The notes: generated by a model not told the origin, from the sequence alone. 64,000 nt of DNA from an uncultured Gemmatimonadales bacterium (GCA_963783385.1 CAWANJ010000006.1:320001-384000), one strand, 5' to 3'; positions 1 to 9,729 are shown, numbered from the stretch's first letter. Numbers and translations are program-made.

Positions 1-371
1 TAGGAGAGTAAGGCCCGGGTCATCGGGTCCAGGTCGTACTCGGGCCACGTCGTGGCGAACTCGTGGCTCAGGTGCTCATCGCCCGTGAGGCGGCGGACCG
101 CCGCCGTATGCAGGCCCAGTCAGGGCGCGCCGCCCACCTTTCCGTTGACCACGGTGGCCAGCATCTCCCGCTGCAGTCGACTGAGCGGCGAGGACTTGCG
201 CAGGTGCAGGTGGCGGTACAGTGCGCCCGCCGGGCCGGCGACGCCGAGGTCGACGGCGAGGACCTGGAACACGCCGGGGATGACCCCGCCGTACTGGCCG
301 CGAACCCAGCGGTAGAACAGGGCGCGGAGCCCGGTGGCCCGCTCCGGAGCGACGGTCTTGATGTGCGTCAC
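1..371 (-). CDS. AhpD/carboxymuconolactone decarboxylase-like peroxidase-related protein, probable selenoprotein (in-frame UGA at 122-120); 3' end runs off the window
   Basis: GTG start with GAGAGG RBS. LSRLQREMLATVVNGKVGGAP-UGA-LGLHTAAVRRLTGDEHLSHEFATTWPEYDLDPMTRALLS stays open to base 1 and fits the AhpD-like pattern REMxAxVVS..CxxC..H...L. Confidence 0.8.
89..105 (-). promoter_or_regulatory. Putative bacterial SECIS hairpin
   Basis: Minus strand GGCGGCG-GUC-CGCCGCC, starting 14 nt after the UGA, with G as the first loop base. Confidence 0.6.
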
Positions 372-501
372 GCGTTCCTCTCTCGGTGCGTGGGAGGCCG
401 CGGGCCCGGTGGCCGGCGGCGGGGAAATGTGGGATCGGCGGTTCCGGCCGGCAACGCGCTCCGACCTCGAGGCCGGAGACCACGGGCCGAAGCCCGCGGC
501 G

Positions 502-543
502 TTGACGCTCGCGCCGGAGCTCGTTATACATAGATGACTATGT
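502..543 (+). promoter_or_regulatory. Putative padR promoter with palindromic PadR-type operator
   Basis: TTGACG (502-507), 17-bp spacer, TATACA (525-530, imperfect -10); inverted repeat ACATAG-ATGA-CTATGT at 528-543. Confidence 0.5.
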
Positions 544-575
544 GAAGCTGTCTAGGCATGACCGGAGGGAGGCGC

Positions 576-911
576 ATGACACCCCGCGGCAACAACATCC
601 TCCAGGGAACCCTGGGTCTCCTGGTGCTGCGCACGCTGGAGGCCCGTGGCCCACTCCACGGCTACGCGATCACCTCGGCCATTCACGGGCTCTCGGACGA
701 GCTCCTCCGCGTCGAAGAGGGCTCGCTCTACCCGGCGCTCCACCGCATGGAGCAGGAGGGGTGGCTCGAGGCCAAGTGGGGCGTCACCGACAAGAACCGA
801 CGAGCCCGCTTCTACACCATCACCGCCCCCGGCCGGCGGCGGCTCGCGAGGGAGCGGGAGAGCTGGAACCGGCTGACCGAGGGCGTCCGGCGCGTGCTCC
901 AGTTCGCCTGA
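576..911 (+). CDS. PadR family transcriptional regulator (acidobacterial type)
   Basis: ILQGTLGLLVLRTL..PLHGYAI..VEEGSLYPALHRMEQEGW..NRRARFYTIT; GGAGGGAGG RBS before ATG 576; directly upstream of an ADOP permease. Confidence 0.95.
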   Translation: MTPRGNNILQGTLGLLVLRTLEARGPLHGYAITSAIHGLSDELLRVEEGSLYPALHRMEQEGWLEAKWGVTDKNRRARFYTITAPGRRRLARERESWNRLTEGVRRVLQFA

Positions 912-963
912 CGACCCCCCGTCCGACCACGACGCCCGGCGCGGACCGGGCTCCGGAGGACTC

Positions 964-3292
964 ATGACGTGGCATCGCCGCTGGCTCAACCTGCTGAGCC
1001 CCGGCCGGGTCTGGCGCGACATTGACCGCGAGATGGCCTTCCACCTCGAGGAGCGGGTCGACGAGCTCGTGGCTTCCGGCATGAGCCCCGAACAGGCGCG
1101 GCGTGAAGCCAGGCGCCGGTTCGGCCGCGTCGAGACGATCCGAGGCCGCATCCGAGACGTGGACGTGGTGGGGTGGCTCGAGTCGCTGCTGTTCGACATC
1201 CGGTATGCGCTCAGGGGACTCCGGGCTCATCGGGGCTTCACGGTGGTCGCGGTGGCGTCGCTGGCGCTCGGCATCGGGGCCAACACGGGCATCTTCAGCC
1301 TCATCGACGCCGTGCTCCTGCGCTCCCTGCCGGTGCGGAACCCCGGGGAGATCGTCCGCCTGTCGATGGGGGACGGAACCACCAACTTCACGAACCCCCT
1401 CTGGGAGCAGATCCGCGACCGACAGCACTTCCTCGCCGGGACGGCCGTCCTCAGCCACGACTTCTGGGAGAGGGAATACGGCGGAGCTGGGGACATCGTC
1501 GGCCGGACGCTCTCGCTGGACGGCCATCCCTTCCAGATCGTCGGAGTGGCGCGCCCGGGGTTCTCCGGCATCGACGTGGCCCGACCGGCCAAGATCTTCG
1601 TCCCGCTTTGCACCGCCGCCATCCTCCGACCCGGCCGCGACGTTCTGGACGCGCGGAGCACGTGGTTCCTGAACGTCTTCGGCCGGCTGCGGCCGGGCGA
1701 GACGCTGGCGCAGGCCCGCGCCGGCCTGGCGACCCTCTCCCGGTCCGCCTTGGAGGCGACGGTGCCCCGGGACTGGAGCCCCGCCGAACAGGAGAACTTC
1801 CGGGAGAGAACGCTCACGGCCGAGTCCGCGAGCAACGGCATGTCCCTCCTGCGGAGCCGGTACGACCACGCCCTCTACGTGCTGCTCCTCGTCGTGGGGG
1901 TGGTGCTTCTGATCGCCTGCGCCAACGTGGCGCAGCTCCTCCTGGCCCGGGCCACCGCGCGCAAGCACGAGGTGGCCGTCCGACTCGCACTCGGCGCCGG
2001 TCGGGCCCGGCTGGCACGGCAGACCCTGGTCGAGAGCCTCCTGGTGGCGCTGGCGGGCGCGGGCCTGGGCCTTCTGTTCGCCCGCTGGTCCAGCCGAGTC
2101 CTGGTCGGATTCCTCGCACGGGGAGGGCACGGGGTCCGCCTCGACCTGTCCCTGGACCCCAGGGTGCTCGGCTTCACGGTCGGCGTCGCCGTGGTGACCG
2201 CTCTCCTGTTCGGACTGGCGCCCGTCGTCCGCTCCAACGAGGTCCGTCCAGCGTCGGCCATGCGGGGAACCGGGCGTGGGGTCGTGGGCGACGCACGTCA
2301 CGGCGCCGTTCGCGGGATCGTCGTCGCGCAGGTCGCTCTGTCCTTCGTGCTGGTGGTGGCCGCCGGACTCCTGGTCGGGAGCTTTCGCCGGCTCGACACC
2401 GAGGACCCCGGCTTCCAGCGCCACGGCGTACTGGTGGTGACCGCTGACTGGTCCAACCTGCAACTGTCCGGCGCCGAGCAGCAGGCCTTTCCGCGCCGTC
2501 TCCTCGATCGGATGCGGAGGCTGCCGGGAGTGGCGGTCGCCGGAGCCGCGGAGTTCACGCCCGTGAGCGGCACCTCCTGGAACGAGGTGGTCTCGGCGGA
2601 CGGCCGCGTGCCCGCATCGCCTCGGGACGCGATCCTATGGTTCAACGGGGTGACGGACGGCTACCTGGGCGCGCTCGACACGCGACTGCTCGCCGGCCGG
2701 GACTTCACGCCGGGAGACGACTCCGCCTCCGGGAGGGTGGTGATCCTGAGCCGAACGGCGGCCCATCGCTACTTCGACGAACCCGCGCCTCTGGGCAAGT
2801 CGATCCGGCTGGTCCGACACGACACTTTGGGTGCCTCGCTCCGGATCGTGGGGATCATGGAGGACGCGAAGTACCGCCGCATGGACGAGGAGATGTTGCC
2901 CACGGCGTACGTCCCGCTCGAACAGACGGGCACGGGGTCGACGATCCGGCTGACGCTCCGAGCGGACGGCCCGACGAAGACCCTCATCCCCGAGGTCACC
3001 GAGTCCATGCGCGCCCTGAACCCCGGCATCGCGCTCGAGTTCACCACGCTCGAGGACCAGGTCGCCGCTTCCCTGGCCAGACCCCACCTCCTGGCCACGC
3101 TGTCGGGCTTCTTCGGCGCGCTGGCGCTCCTCCTCGCCGTGATCGGGCTGTACGGCACGATGTCCTACGCCGTGGCCCGCCGCCGCAACGAGATCGGGGT
3201 CCGAATCGCGCTCGGCGCGACCCGGACCCGCATCCTCCGCATGGTGGCGCGCGGCGACCGTGAACCCGATGGTGGCGCTTCGGGAGGAATAG
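964..3292 (+). pseudogene. ADOP-family duplicated MacB/FtsX ABC permease with two internal deletions
   Basis: Typical N-terminus (EMAFHLEE..ARRRFG, LALGIGANTGIFSL), LLIACANVA and RRNEIGVRIALGA. A segment appears missing near 1440. The canonical C-terminus RAATVNPMVALREE* is in the +1 frame at 3248-3292, fused directly after ILRMV. Confidence 0.8.
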
Positions 3293-3360
3293 GCGACCGG
3301 CGGGCCGAAGGAGTGTGTGGATGCATGCCCTGAGACCTCCCTGTCCGCTCGGGGAGAGCG

Positions 3361-3560
3361 TGCATACGGCGAAGGCTCCCGCGGCGGGCCCTTGCGATCG
3401 CGGACCTCCGGCCGGGCCATCGCGTGTTCGACATCGGCTGCAAGCGCTGCGAGCTCCTCCGCGAGCTCCGTGACTCGGGCTCCCCGATCGACTTATACCG
3501 GCGTGGACATCGCCGCGGAGAACGTGAGGGCGTGTCGGGAGGCGTGCCCGGATCCTGGAA
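3361..3560 (+). pseudogene. Class I SAM-dependent methyltransferase remnant
   Basis: ADLRPGHRVFDIGCKRCELL..PID, then a +1 shift (~3493) to YTGVDIAAENVRACRE (motifs I and II); no intact start or C-terminus. Confidence 0.55.
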
Positions 3561-3613
3561 GGCGTCGGCGGGGCCGGGCGGCGCCGCGTCGATCGCAGGC
3601 GCCTCTTCCCGAC

Positions 3614-6007
3614 TCAGCCCCTCGGGGAGTATTCGGCCGGGGGCGGCCCGGTGACTTCCGCCCGCAGCAGTGCCGCGAGCTCGTCCGCGGGAACCGGCCG
3701 ATTGAAGAAGAAGCCCTGCACCGCGTTGCAGGCGTGCTCGCGCACGTAGTCCGCCTGGTCCCGGGTCTCCACTCCCTGGGCGACGAGGGAAGTTCCCAGG
3801 CTGCGGCCCATCGCGACAATGGCGTCGGTCACCTCGCGCTCCACCCGGTCGCTGCCGGCGGCGCGGATGAAGGTCCGGTCGATCTTGACCATGTCCGCCG
3901 GGATCTGCCGGAGGACCGCGAGGGTGGAGTAGCCCGTCCCGAAGTTGTCGATCGTGATCTTGACACCGACCTCCTTCAGGGCCCTCAGGATCGACAACGT
4001 GCGGTCCGCGTCGCGCGTGAGGACGCTCTCGCACACCTCCAGCTCGAGCAGCTCGGGCGCCATCCCCGTGGCGACCAGCGTGTCGCGGACAGCGTGCACG
4101 AGCCCCTCGTCGAAGAACTGCCGGGCGCCGAGGTTGATCGCCATGGCCAGACGCGGGAGGCCCTCCTCCACCCAGGCCACGCTCTGCCGGCAGGCGGTGG
4201 CGAGCACCCAGCGGCCGATGGGCACCATCAGTCCGGTCTCCTCCGCCAGCGGGATGAACTTCATCGGCTCCACCATGCCCAGCTCGGGATGGCGCCAGCG
4301 TAGCAGCGCCTCCATCCCCGTGATGCGGCTGGTTCGCACGTCCCGGCGCACCTGGTAGTGCAGCTCGAACTCCTGCTTCACCAGCGCCTGGCGCAGGCTG
4401 GCCTCCAGGGCCAGCCGCTCGCGGGTGTGGCTCGTCATGGCGTCCGAATAGAAGCGGATGTCGTTCTTGCCGGCGTCCTTGGCCTGGTACATCGCGATGT
4501 CGGCGTTCTTGAGGAGCGCCTGCTCGTCCTCGCCGTCCCCCGGATAGACGCTCACGCCGATGCTCGCGGTCACCTGGAACTCCTGGCCCAGGATGTCGAC
4601 CGGCTCGCTCAGGGCATCGAGCACCTTCCGGGCGACCGTCGCCGCCTGGCCGGCGTCCTTGAGCTCCGGCAGCAGGATCACGAACTCGTCCCCGCCCATC
4701 CGGGCCACTGTGTCGCTCTCGCGAAGAGTGCCCTCGAGCCGCTCGGCGACCTCGCGGAGGAGCTGGTCGCCCGCCTCGTGACCGAGCGAGTCGTTGACCT
4801 CCTTGAAGCGGTCGAGGTCCAGGAAGAGGACCGCGAGCCGCCGACCGTAGCGCCGAGCCTCGCTGACGTGCCGCTCCACCAGCCGGCTGAGGAGCGAGCG
4901 GTTCGGGAGGCCCGTGAGCCCGTCGTGATAGGCCAGGTGCTCGACGCGGCGCCCGTAGGCGATTCGAACCTCGCTCTCCCGCTCCCGCAGCCGGACGATC
5001 TTCCAGTTGAGGCGGCCCACGACGGCGAGGACGAAAACGAGGAGCAGGCTGACGCCGGCGGCGCGCCACCGGTAGAGACGGGCCAGTGACGCCGCGGGCG
5101 CCATCCGCTCCTCCTCGGACAGCCCGACGACGACGGCCAGGGGCAGGCCATAGAGGTCGCGGGCGCTCGTGAACCGCGGAACGCCGTCCGGCGCCTCCCC
5201 GGAGAGCCGGACCTCGGCTTCCCCGGTCTCGCCTTCGGGGACGATCGAGGCGAAGTCGACGTGCTCCCCGGCCGAGACGCGGTCGCCGGTGCGGAGGACG
5301 CGGAAGTCCCCGTCCGAGCCGAGCACGCCCAGGAGGCCGTGCTGGCCGACAGCGGTCGTATCGTAGCCGCTTACGAAGAAGCTCGCATCGACGCCGACGA
5401 CGGCGACGCCTCCGTAGGACCCGTCGGTAGCGGTGAGCCGCCGGGCGAAGCGCAATCGCCACTCTCCGGCGCCCTCCCGCCGAACGGAGCGGCCGACGGC
5501 CAGCGTGTCGGCCGCGCGGGCCGCCCGGAAGACCTCGTCGTCGGCCAGGCTGGCCGGTCCTCCGCCCACGTCGCTGGCCGTGACGGTCCCGTCCGGCCCC
5601 GTCACGCTGACCGTGAAGACCAGGGACGGGGGCAGCAGGCCACGGGCGCGGAGATCACGGAGGGCAGCGTTCCCGCTTCCCCGCAGACGGTAGGCGTATT
5701 GCACGGACTTGAGGGTCCGGTCGATCTCGCGGACCACCCGCACCACCTGAGCCTCGTACGTGTTGAGGTTGTCGCGGGTCGCGGCCACGGCCGCCGCCCG
5801 GGCGTTCGAGCGCTCCACGTCGATCCGGTTGAGCGTGGCGAACCACACGACCGTGAGCACCGCGACCCCGATGAGCGAGAACAGCGCGGGCGGGGCCGAG
5901 CGCCGCTGGAGCCACCCGCGCGGCCGGTCGTCGGCCGGGACGAGCGACGCGGCCGGCTCGGAGGACGAGCCGGCGCCGCCGGTCGGTCGATCGCGCCCGT
6001 CGCTCAT
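3614..6007 (-). CDS. Membrane-anchored Cache-like sensor, GGDEF-EAL protein
   Basis: Two TM helices flank a periplasmic domain; HDGLTGLPNR, DLDRFKEVNDSLGH, RMGGDEF, GMEALLRW. ATG overlaps the upstream gene's stop (ATGA). Confidence 0.92.
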   Translation of the reverse strand: MSDGRDRPTGGAGSSSEPAASLVPADDRPRGWLQRRSAPPALFSLIGVAVLTVVWFATLNRIDVERSNARAAAVAATRDNLNTYEAQVVRVVREIDRTLKSVQYAYRLRGSGNAALRDLRARGLLPPSLVFTVSVTGPDGTVTASDVGGGPASLADDEVFRAARAADTLAVGRSVRREGAGEWRLRFARRLTATDGSYGGVAVVGVDASFFVSGYDTTAVGQHGLLGVLGSDGDFRVLRTGDRVSAGEHVDFASIVPEGETGEAEVRLSGEAPDGVPRFTSARDLYGLPLAVVVGLSEEERMAPAASLARLYRWRAAGVSLLLVFVLAVVGRLNWKIVRLRERESEVRIAYGRRVEHLAYHDGLTGLPNRSLLSRLVERHVSEARRYGRRLAVLFLDLDRFKEVNDSLGHEAGDQLLREVAERLEGTLRESDTVARMGGDEFVILLPELKDAGQAATVARKVLDALSEPVDILGQEFQVTASIGVSVYPGDGEDEQALLKNADIAMYQAKDAGKNDIRFYSDAMTSHTRERLALEASLRQALVKQEFELHYQVRRDVRTSRITGMEALLRWRHPELGMVEPMKFIPLAEETGLMVPIGRWVLATACRQSVAWVEEGLPRLAMAINLGARQFFDEGLVHAVRDTLVATGMAPELLELEVCESVLTRDADRTLSILRALKEVGVKITIDNFGTGYSTLAVLRQIPADMVKIDRTFIRAAGSDRVEREVTDAIVAMGRSLGTSLVAQGVETRDQADYVREHACNAVQGFFFNRPVPADELAALLRAEVTGPPPAEYSPRG

Positions 6008-6501
6008 TGGATCTCGACCGCGTGAACGCTGACGTCGAGCTGGCGGCGCTCCAGGTAGCCGATCGCGCCCGGAGTGCGGGCCACGAGCTTTCTCAAGGCG
6101 ACGCCGTCGGGCACTTCGCGGGGGGGCTCGCCGCGGCCCGTGAAGATGATCCTGGACCAGTGCGCCTTGACCTCCGCCAGCGTCCGCCCCAGGTACGTCG
6201 CGTAGAAGGTGGCCCGGTCCGGCGACCCCGGCGCCTGATCGATCGGCTCGGCCTGCCTGCCGTCGGCGAACCGGCTCGTCCGCCCCAGGTACAGGTCCTG
6301 TAGCCGCAGCCGGTCCATCCGGATCAGGGGATTGTCGGCCGAGACCACCACGACCAGGGAGTCCGGTGGAGGCGCGCCCGACGGGGCGGCCGCCGGTCCC
6401 GGCATCAGGGTCGGGGCCAGGAGGAGCATCGCGGCCGCGATCCGCGCTCGTGGCCGGATCGGGGGCCTCGCCTCGCGCCGGCACCACGCCCGGAGATTCA
6501 T
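6004..6501 (-). CDS. Small secreted phosphate-binding-protein-like (PBP2 fold) protein
   Basis: Signal peptide, then LVVVVSADNP..LQDLYLG..FYATYLGRT..HWSRIIFTGRGEPP..PGAIGY. Confidence 0.8.
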   Translation of the reverse strand: MNLRAWCRREARPPIRPRARIAAAMLLLAPTLMPGPAAAPSGAPPPDSLVVVVSADNPLIRMDRLRLQDLYLGRTSRFADGRQAEPIDQAPGSPDRATFYATYLGRTLAEVKAHWSRIIFTGRGEPPREVPDGVALRKLVARTPGAIGYLERRQLDVSVHAVEIQ

Positions 6502-7727
6502 CAGAGCACGAACACGGCTGCCAGGCTCACGAGGGCCGCGGTTCCGCCCGGCTTGAAGCCCGGCTGCGGGTTCGCGTACGTGCCCGGCGAGTGATCCAGC
6601 CGATCGATGAAGTCCACCTGGCCCTTCAGCGCCATCCCCGTCCGGAAGTCCCAGCGGCCCCCGAGCGAGACGCTCTGCTGCTGGACCATTGACTGCAGGA
6701 TCGCGTTCAGGGCCGCGTTCAGGCCGGCGGCGGCCGCCGCCCGCTCGGGCGGTAGCCCGGCCAGCGAGAGTCCGGCGGTCGACGTGTTGCTGAGCAGCTG
6801 CGAGCGCGAGTAGGTCGCGTAGGGAGCGAAGGGCCCGAGGCGGACGCCGGCCGTCACGTAGCCGGCGGCCGACTCCCCCAGGATCGAGTGCGAGTTCGTC
6901 CATCCCAGCTCGCCCATTGCGAACCACCGGCCCGGATCGTACCGCACACCCACCGTGGCGAACTCGAAATGGCGGTCACGCGGCTCGAGGCGGGCCGCGA
7001 GGGCGGCGCCCTGCGCCCCGAAGGAGCGAACGGCGGAGAACAGCGACTCGAAGGAGGTGATCGTCAGGTCAACCCGCTCCAACGCGGCCCGCGCGGTGAG
7101 GCCGCCGCGCTCCGCCGTGAAGCTGACGGCGAGCCCGTTCTCCCCCCTGACCTTCGCTCCGCCCGGGGCGTCGGCGGTCGCGCGGCCGAAGGTGGCGTGG
7201 ACCCGGGTGGTCCAGTCGCCGGCGCGCCACCGGTAGGCGGCGTCCGCCCCATTGACCGAGAACAGCGGGACCAGGTCGTAGAACTCGACGGGCGGACGGA
7301 TCCACGGGTTCGCGTAGGAGACCTTCCGGTAGTCCGAGGCAAGGAACACGTCCAGGACGGTCCGGCCGACCCTGACGCTCAGATTCGGGGTGAGGCCGTA
7401 CTCGACGTTGGCCCATTCCACGTGCGGAGTGTAGTGGTCCTCGGCGTTCTGGTCGGCGACGACCTGGAGCACGGCGGTCAGCCGCGGCAGGAGGGTCGCG
7501 GTCAACTGTCCGCCGAGGTTGGTGTCGAGGTCGAGGCTCACCCGCTCCCCGAAGCCCGGGCCGTCCGGGCGGAGCGGATTCCACACGTAGTTGGCGCGGC
7601 CGTCGGTGGAGTAGGCGGCCCCGAGGGTACCGAACGCGTTGAAGCGCAGGGACGGCGTGTGGCGCTCCTGGGCCCGCGCGGACGGGACGGCCACGGCCGC
7701 GGCCGCCGCGCACAGGAAGAGGCTCAC
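6501..7727 (-). CDS. Outer-membrane porin-like beta-barrel protein (start uncertain; ORF open to 7967)
   Basis: Signal peptide ..AVAVPSARA|QE; FNAFGTLG, VEWANVEY, VRVGR, YANPWIRPPVEFY; C-terminal amphipathic strand. TGATG overlap with the next gene. Confidence 0.8.
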   Translation of the reverse strand: MSLFLCAAAAAVAVPSARAQERHTPSLRFNAFGTLGAAYSTDGRANYVWNPLRPDGPGFGERVSLDLDTNLGGQLTATLLPRLTAVLQVVADQNAEDHYTPHVEWANVEYGLTPNLSVRVGRTVLDVFLASDYRKVSYANPWIRPPVEFYDLVPLFSVNGADAAYRWRAGDWTTRVHATFGRATADAPGGAKVRGENGLAVSFTAERGGLTARAALERVDLTITSFESLFSAVRSFGAQGAALAARLEPRDRHFEFATVGVRYDPGRWFAMGELGWTNSHSILGESAAGYVTAGVRLGPFAPYATYSRSQLLSNTSTAGLSLAGLPPERAAAAAGLNAALNAILQSMVQQQSVSLGGRWDFRTGMALKGQVDFIDRLDHSPGTYANPQPGFKPGGTAALVSLAAVFVL

Positions 7728-8407
7728 GGCGAGGCGTCGTCCGCCCGGCCGGGCCGCACGGAGGCGCCACGCTCGCGCGGGCGACCGGCCGACGGGAACG
7801 GTCGGATCCGGGTCGTCCTGCGCCCGCGGGGCTCCGGCCGTGATCAGCCGTCGGTCGCTGTCGTTGAACGTGAGAATCCCGGGCCTCCTTCGCTTCCGCC
7901 GCGCTGGGCGACTCCGAGACGCGGGGGGACCCGCGCGCTGGGACCCGGACTCCGGGACGGACCGCATTTCGTTCTAAGTGCAGTAGTCGTGCCGGGGAGA
8001 GCGACCCGACCGGGAGGCCATGGGAGCCGGCGTCGATCCGCCCGGGAGACTCGGTCGCGCGCGCTCCGGCCGGGAGGGCGCGACACGTGGTGCCGCCATC
8101 CAGCTCCCTTTGCGACAATGCGTTGGGACAGATCAGCGCCGGTCGGTACGGGGCGTGCCGCGATCGATCCGGGGGCAGGCGGCGGGCGCCGGCCGGTCCA
8201 CGACCGCCGCCTCCCGCAGCGGGAAGGGACCGCCGGGAACTCTCATTCTGCGGCGCCCTCCGCACTTCAAGGCGGGCGGCCGCGGCCCGCTGTCGCCGGA
8301 CGGCCGCCCGCGACACGCGCCCATCGGGCCATGTTTAGTCTAGCGGAATGTCATTCGCGAGACTAGACTTCCGCTCCCTTTCCCACCACCTCAGACGGGA
8401 GCCGGAC

Positions 8408-8695
8408 ATGAAATTCATGGTGACGTGGCGCGTTCACGAGGACCAGCGACACGAGGTGCTCAAGGGGTTCAGCGAGATGACCGCCGAGGACGACCGCGCG
8501 GACCACGGCGACAGGGTCCGCCTCATTGGCCGCTGGCACGACGTCGTCAGCTTCACGGGCGTGCTCATTCGTGAATCGGACGATGCGGCGGCCGTGGCGG
8601 GCTGGCTGCTGAACTGGAACGGCGTCCTCGACGCCGAGGTCACGCCGGTGCTCGACGACGAGGAGACCCGCGCGCTGGGTCGGGCCAGGAGCTGA
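8408..8695 (+). CDS. DUF3303-like small protein
   Basis: MKFMVTW..VRLIGRWHD..G..I.ESDD..W..W..EVTPVLDDEE pattern. Confidence 0.75.
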   Translation: MKFMVTWRVHEDQRHEVLKGFSEMTAEDDRADHGDRVRLIGRWHDVVSFTGVLIRESDDAAAVAGWLLNWNGVLDAEVTPVLDDEETRALGRARS

Positions 8696-8741
8696 CTTCC
8701 ACGGCGCCCCGTGGTGGACGGACGCAGCACTCGACCGGTCC

Positions 8742-9452
8742 TCATCCTCCCGGCCCGGATCCCGGCGAGCCCCGCGTCTCTTCCGCGCGCGGGCCGCCCG
8801 TTCGCTCCGCGACCAGCGCCTCCGAGGAGATCCCGAAGGAGGTGATGACGGCGTCCTGCAGGACGCTCCACCGCCCTTCGGAGAGGAGCGAGCGGAGGTC
8901 GAGAGCCCGGCAGCCACCGACGAGGGCGGGCCGCCACGCCTGGACCCGGCTCCAGAGCCTCTCCACTGCGCGGGCCGGCCGCGTCGCGCCGTGGGTCAGG
9001 CTCACGAGCGCCACGCGTCCCCCCTCAGCCAGGACCCGGTGGGCCTCGGCCAGCACCGCGCGGATGTCGGACGGCGACAGGAGGTCGAGCACGTAGGTGG
9101 ACAGGACGCGGTCGAAGCTCCCGGCCTCGAACGGGAGCTCGGACGCTCCGTCGGTGAGGAGGACCCGCGCCCGGTCCCCGAAGCCCTCCAGGCGCCGGCG
9201 AGCGAGGTCGACCATGGTCGGGCTCAGGTCCACGCCGACGTAGCGGGCCTGCGGTCCGAGGAAATGCACGAGGAGACGCTCGGCCAGGCGGCCCGTCCCG
9301 CAGCCGAACTCCAGCACGGATGCGGCATCCTCGAAGCCGCCGTGCCGCACGAGTTCCCGGACCGCCGGTCCCTCGTAGAAGCGCTGCGTGTCCTGCCACG
9401 CCCCGATCCGGTCGTAGCAGGCGCGTGCCTGCGCGTGGGTGAGGATGGGCAT
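8742..9452 (-). CDS. Class I SAM-dependent methyltransferase
   Basis: VLEFGCGTG, YVGVDLSPTM, LPFEAGSFDRV, HRVLAEGG. Confidence 0.9.
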   Translation of the reverse strand: MPILTHAQARACYDRIGAWQDTQRFYEGPAVRELVRHGGFEDAASVLEFGCGTGRLAERLLVHFLGPQARYVGVDLSPTMVDLARRRLEGFGDRARVLLTDGASELPFEAGSFDRVLSTYVLDLLSPSDIRAVLAEAHRVLAEGGRVALVSLTHGATRPARAVERLWSRVQAWRPALVGGCRALDLRSLLSEGRWSVLQDAVITSFGISSEALVAERTGGPRAEETRGSPGSGPGG

Positions 9453-9465
9453 CGCCCGCTGCGGC

Positions 9466-9729
9466 TCAGGCTCGTCGCCGCCCGCGCGCCGGCGAGACGT
9501 CGATCATCAGCGCCACCACCAGCCCCACGATCGGCCAGAAGGACCACACGCCCCCGAACCAGTGCTGCACCGCCGTATACCAGAGCAGCGTCGTCGGCAG
9601 GAACACGAAGCCGAGGATGGGCCACAGCACGGAGTCGAACACCCCGCCGAACCAGGTCGTGAAGAACCACAGCGCGGCCACCACGAGCCGGGGAGCGGCC
9701 AGGGCGAGCAGGGCGAAGAGACACGACAT
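9466..9729 (-). CDS. Small hypothetical membrane protein
   Basis: 87 aa, about three hydrophobic segments (PRL..WPILGFVFLPTTLLWY); AGGAGG RBS. Confidence 0.8.
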   Translation of the reverse strand: MSCLFALLALAAPRLVVAALWFFTTWFGGVFDSVLWPILGFVFLPTTLLWYTAVQHWFGGVWSFWPIVGLVVALMIDVSPARGRRRA

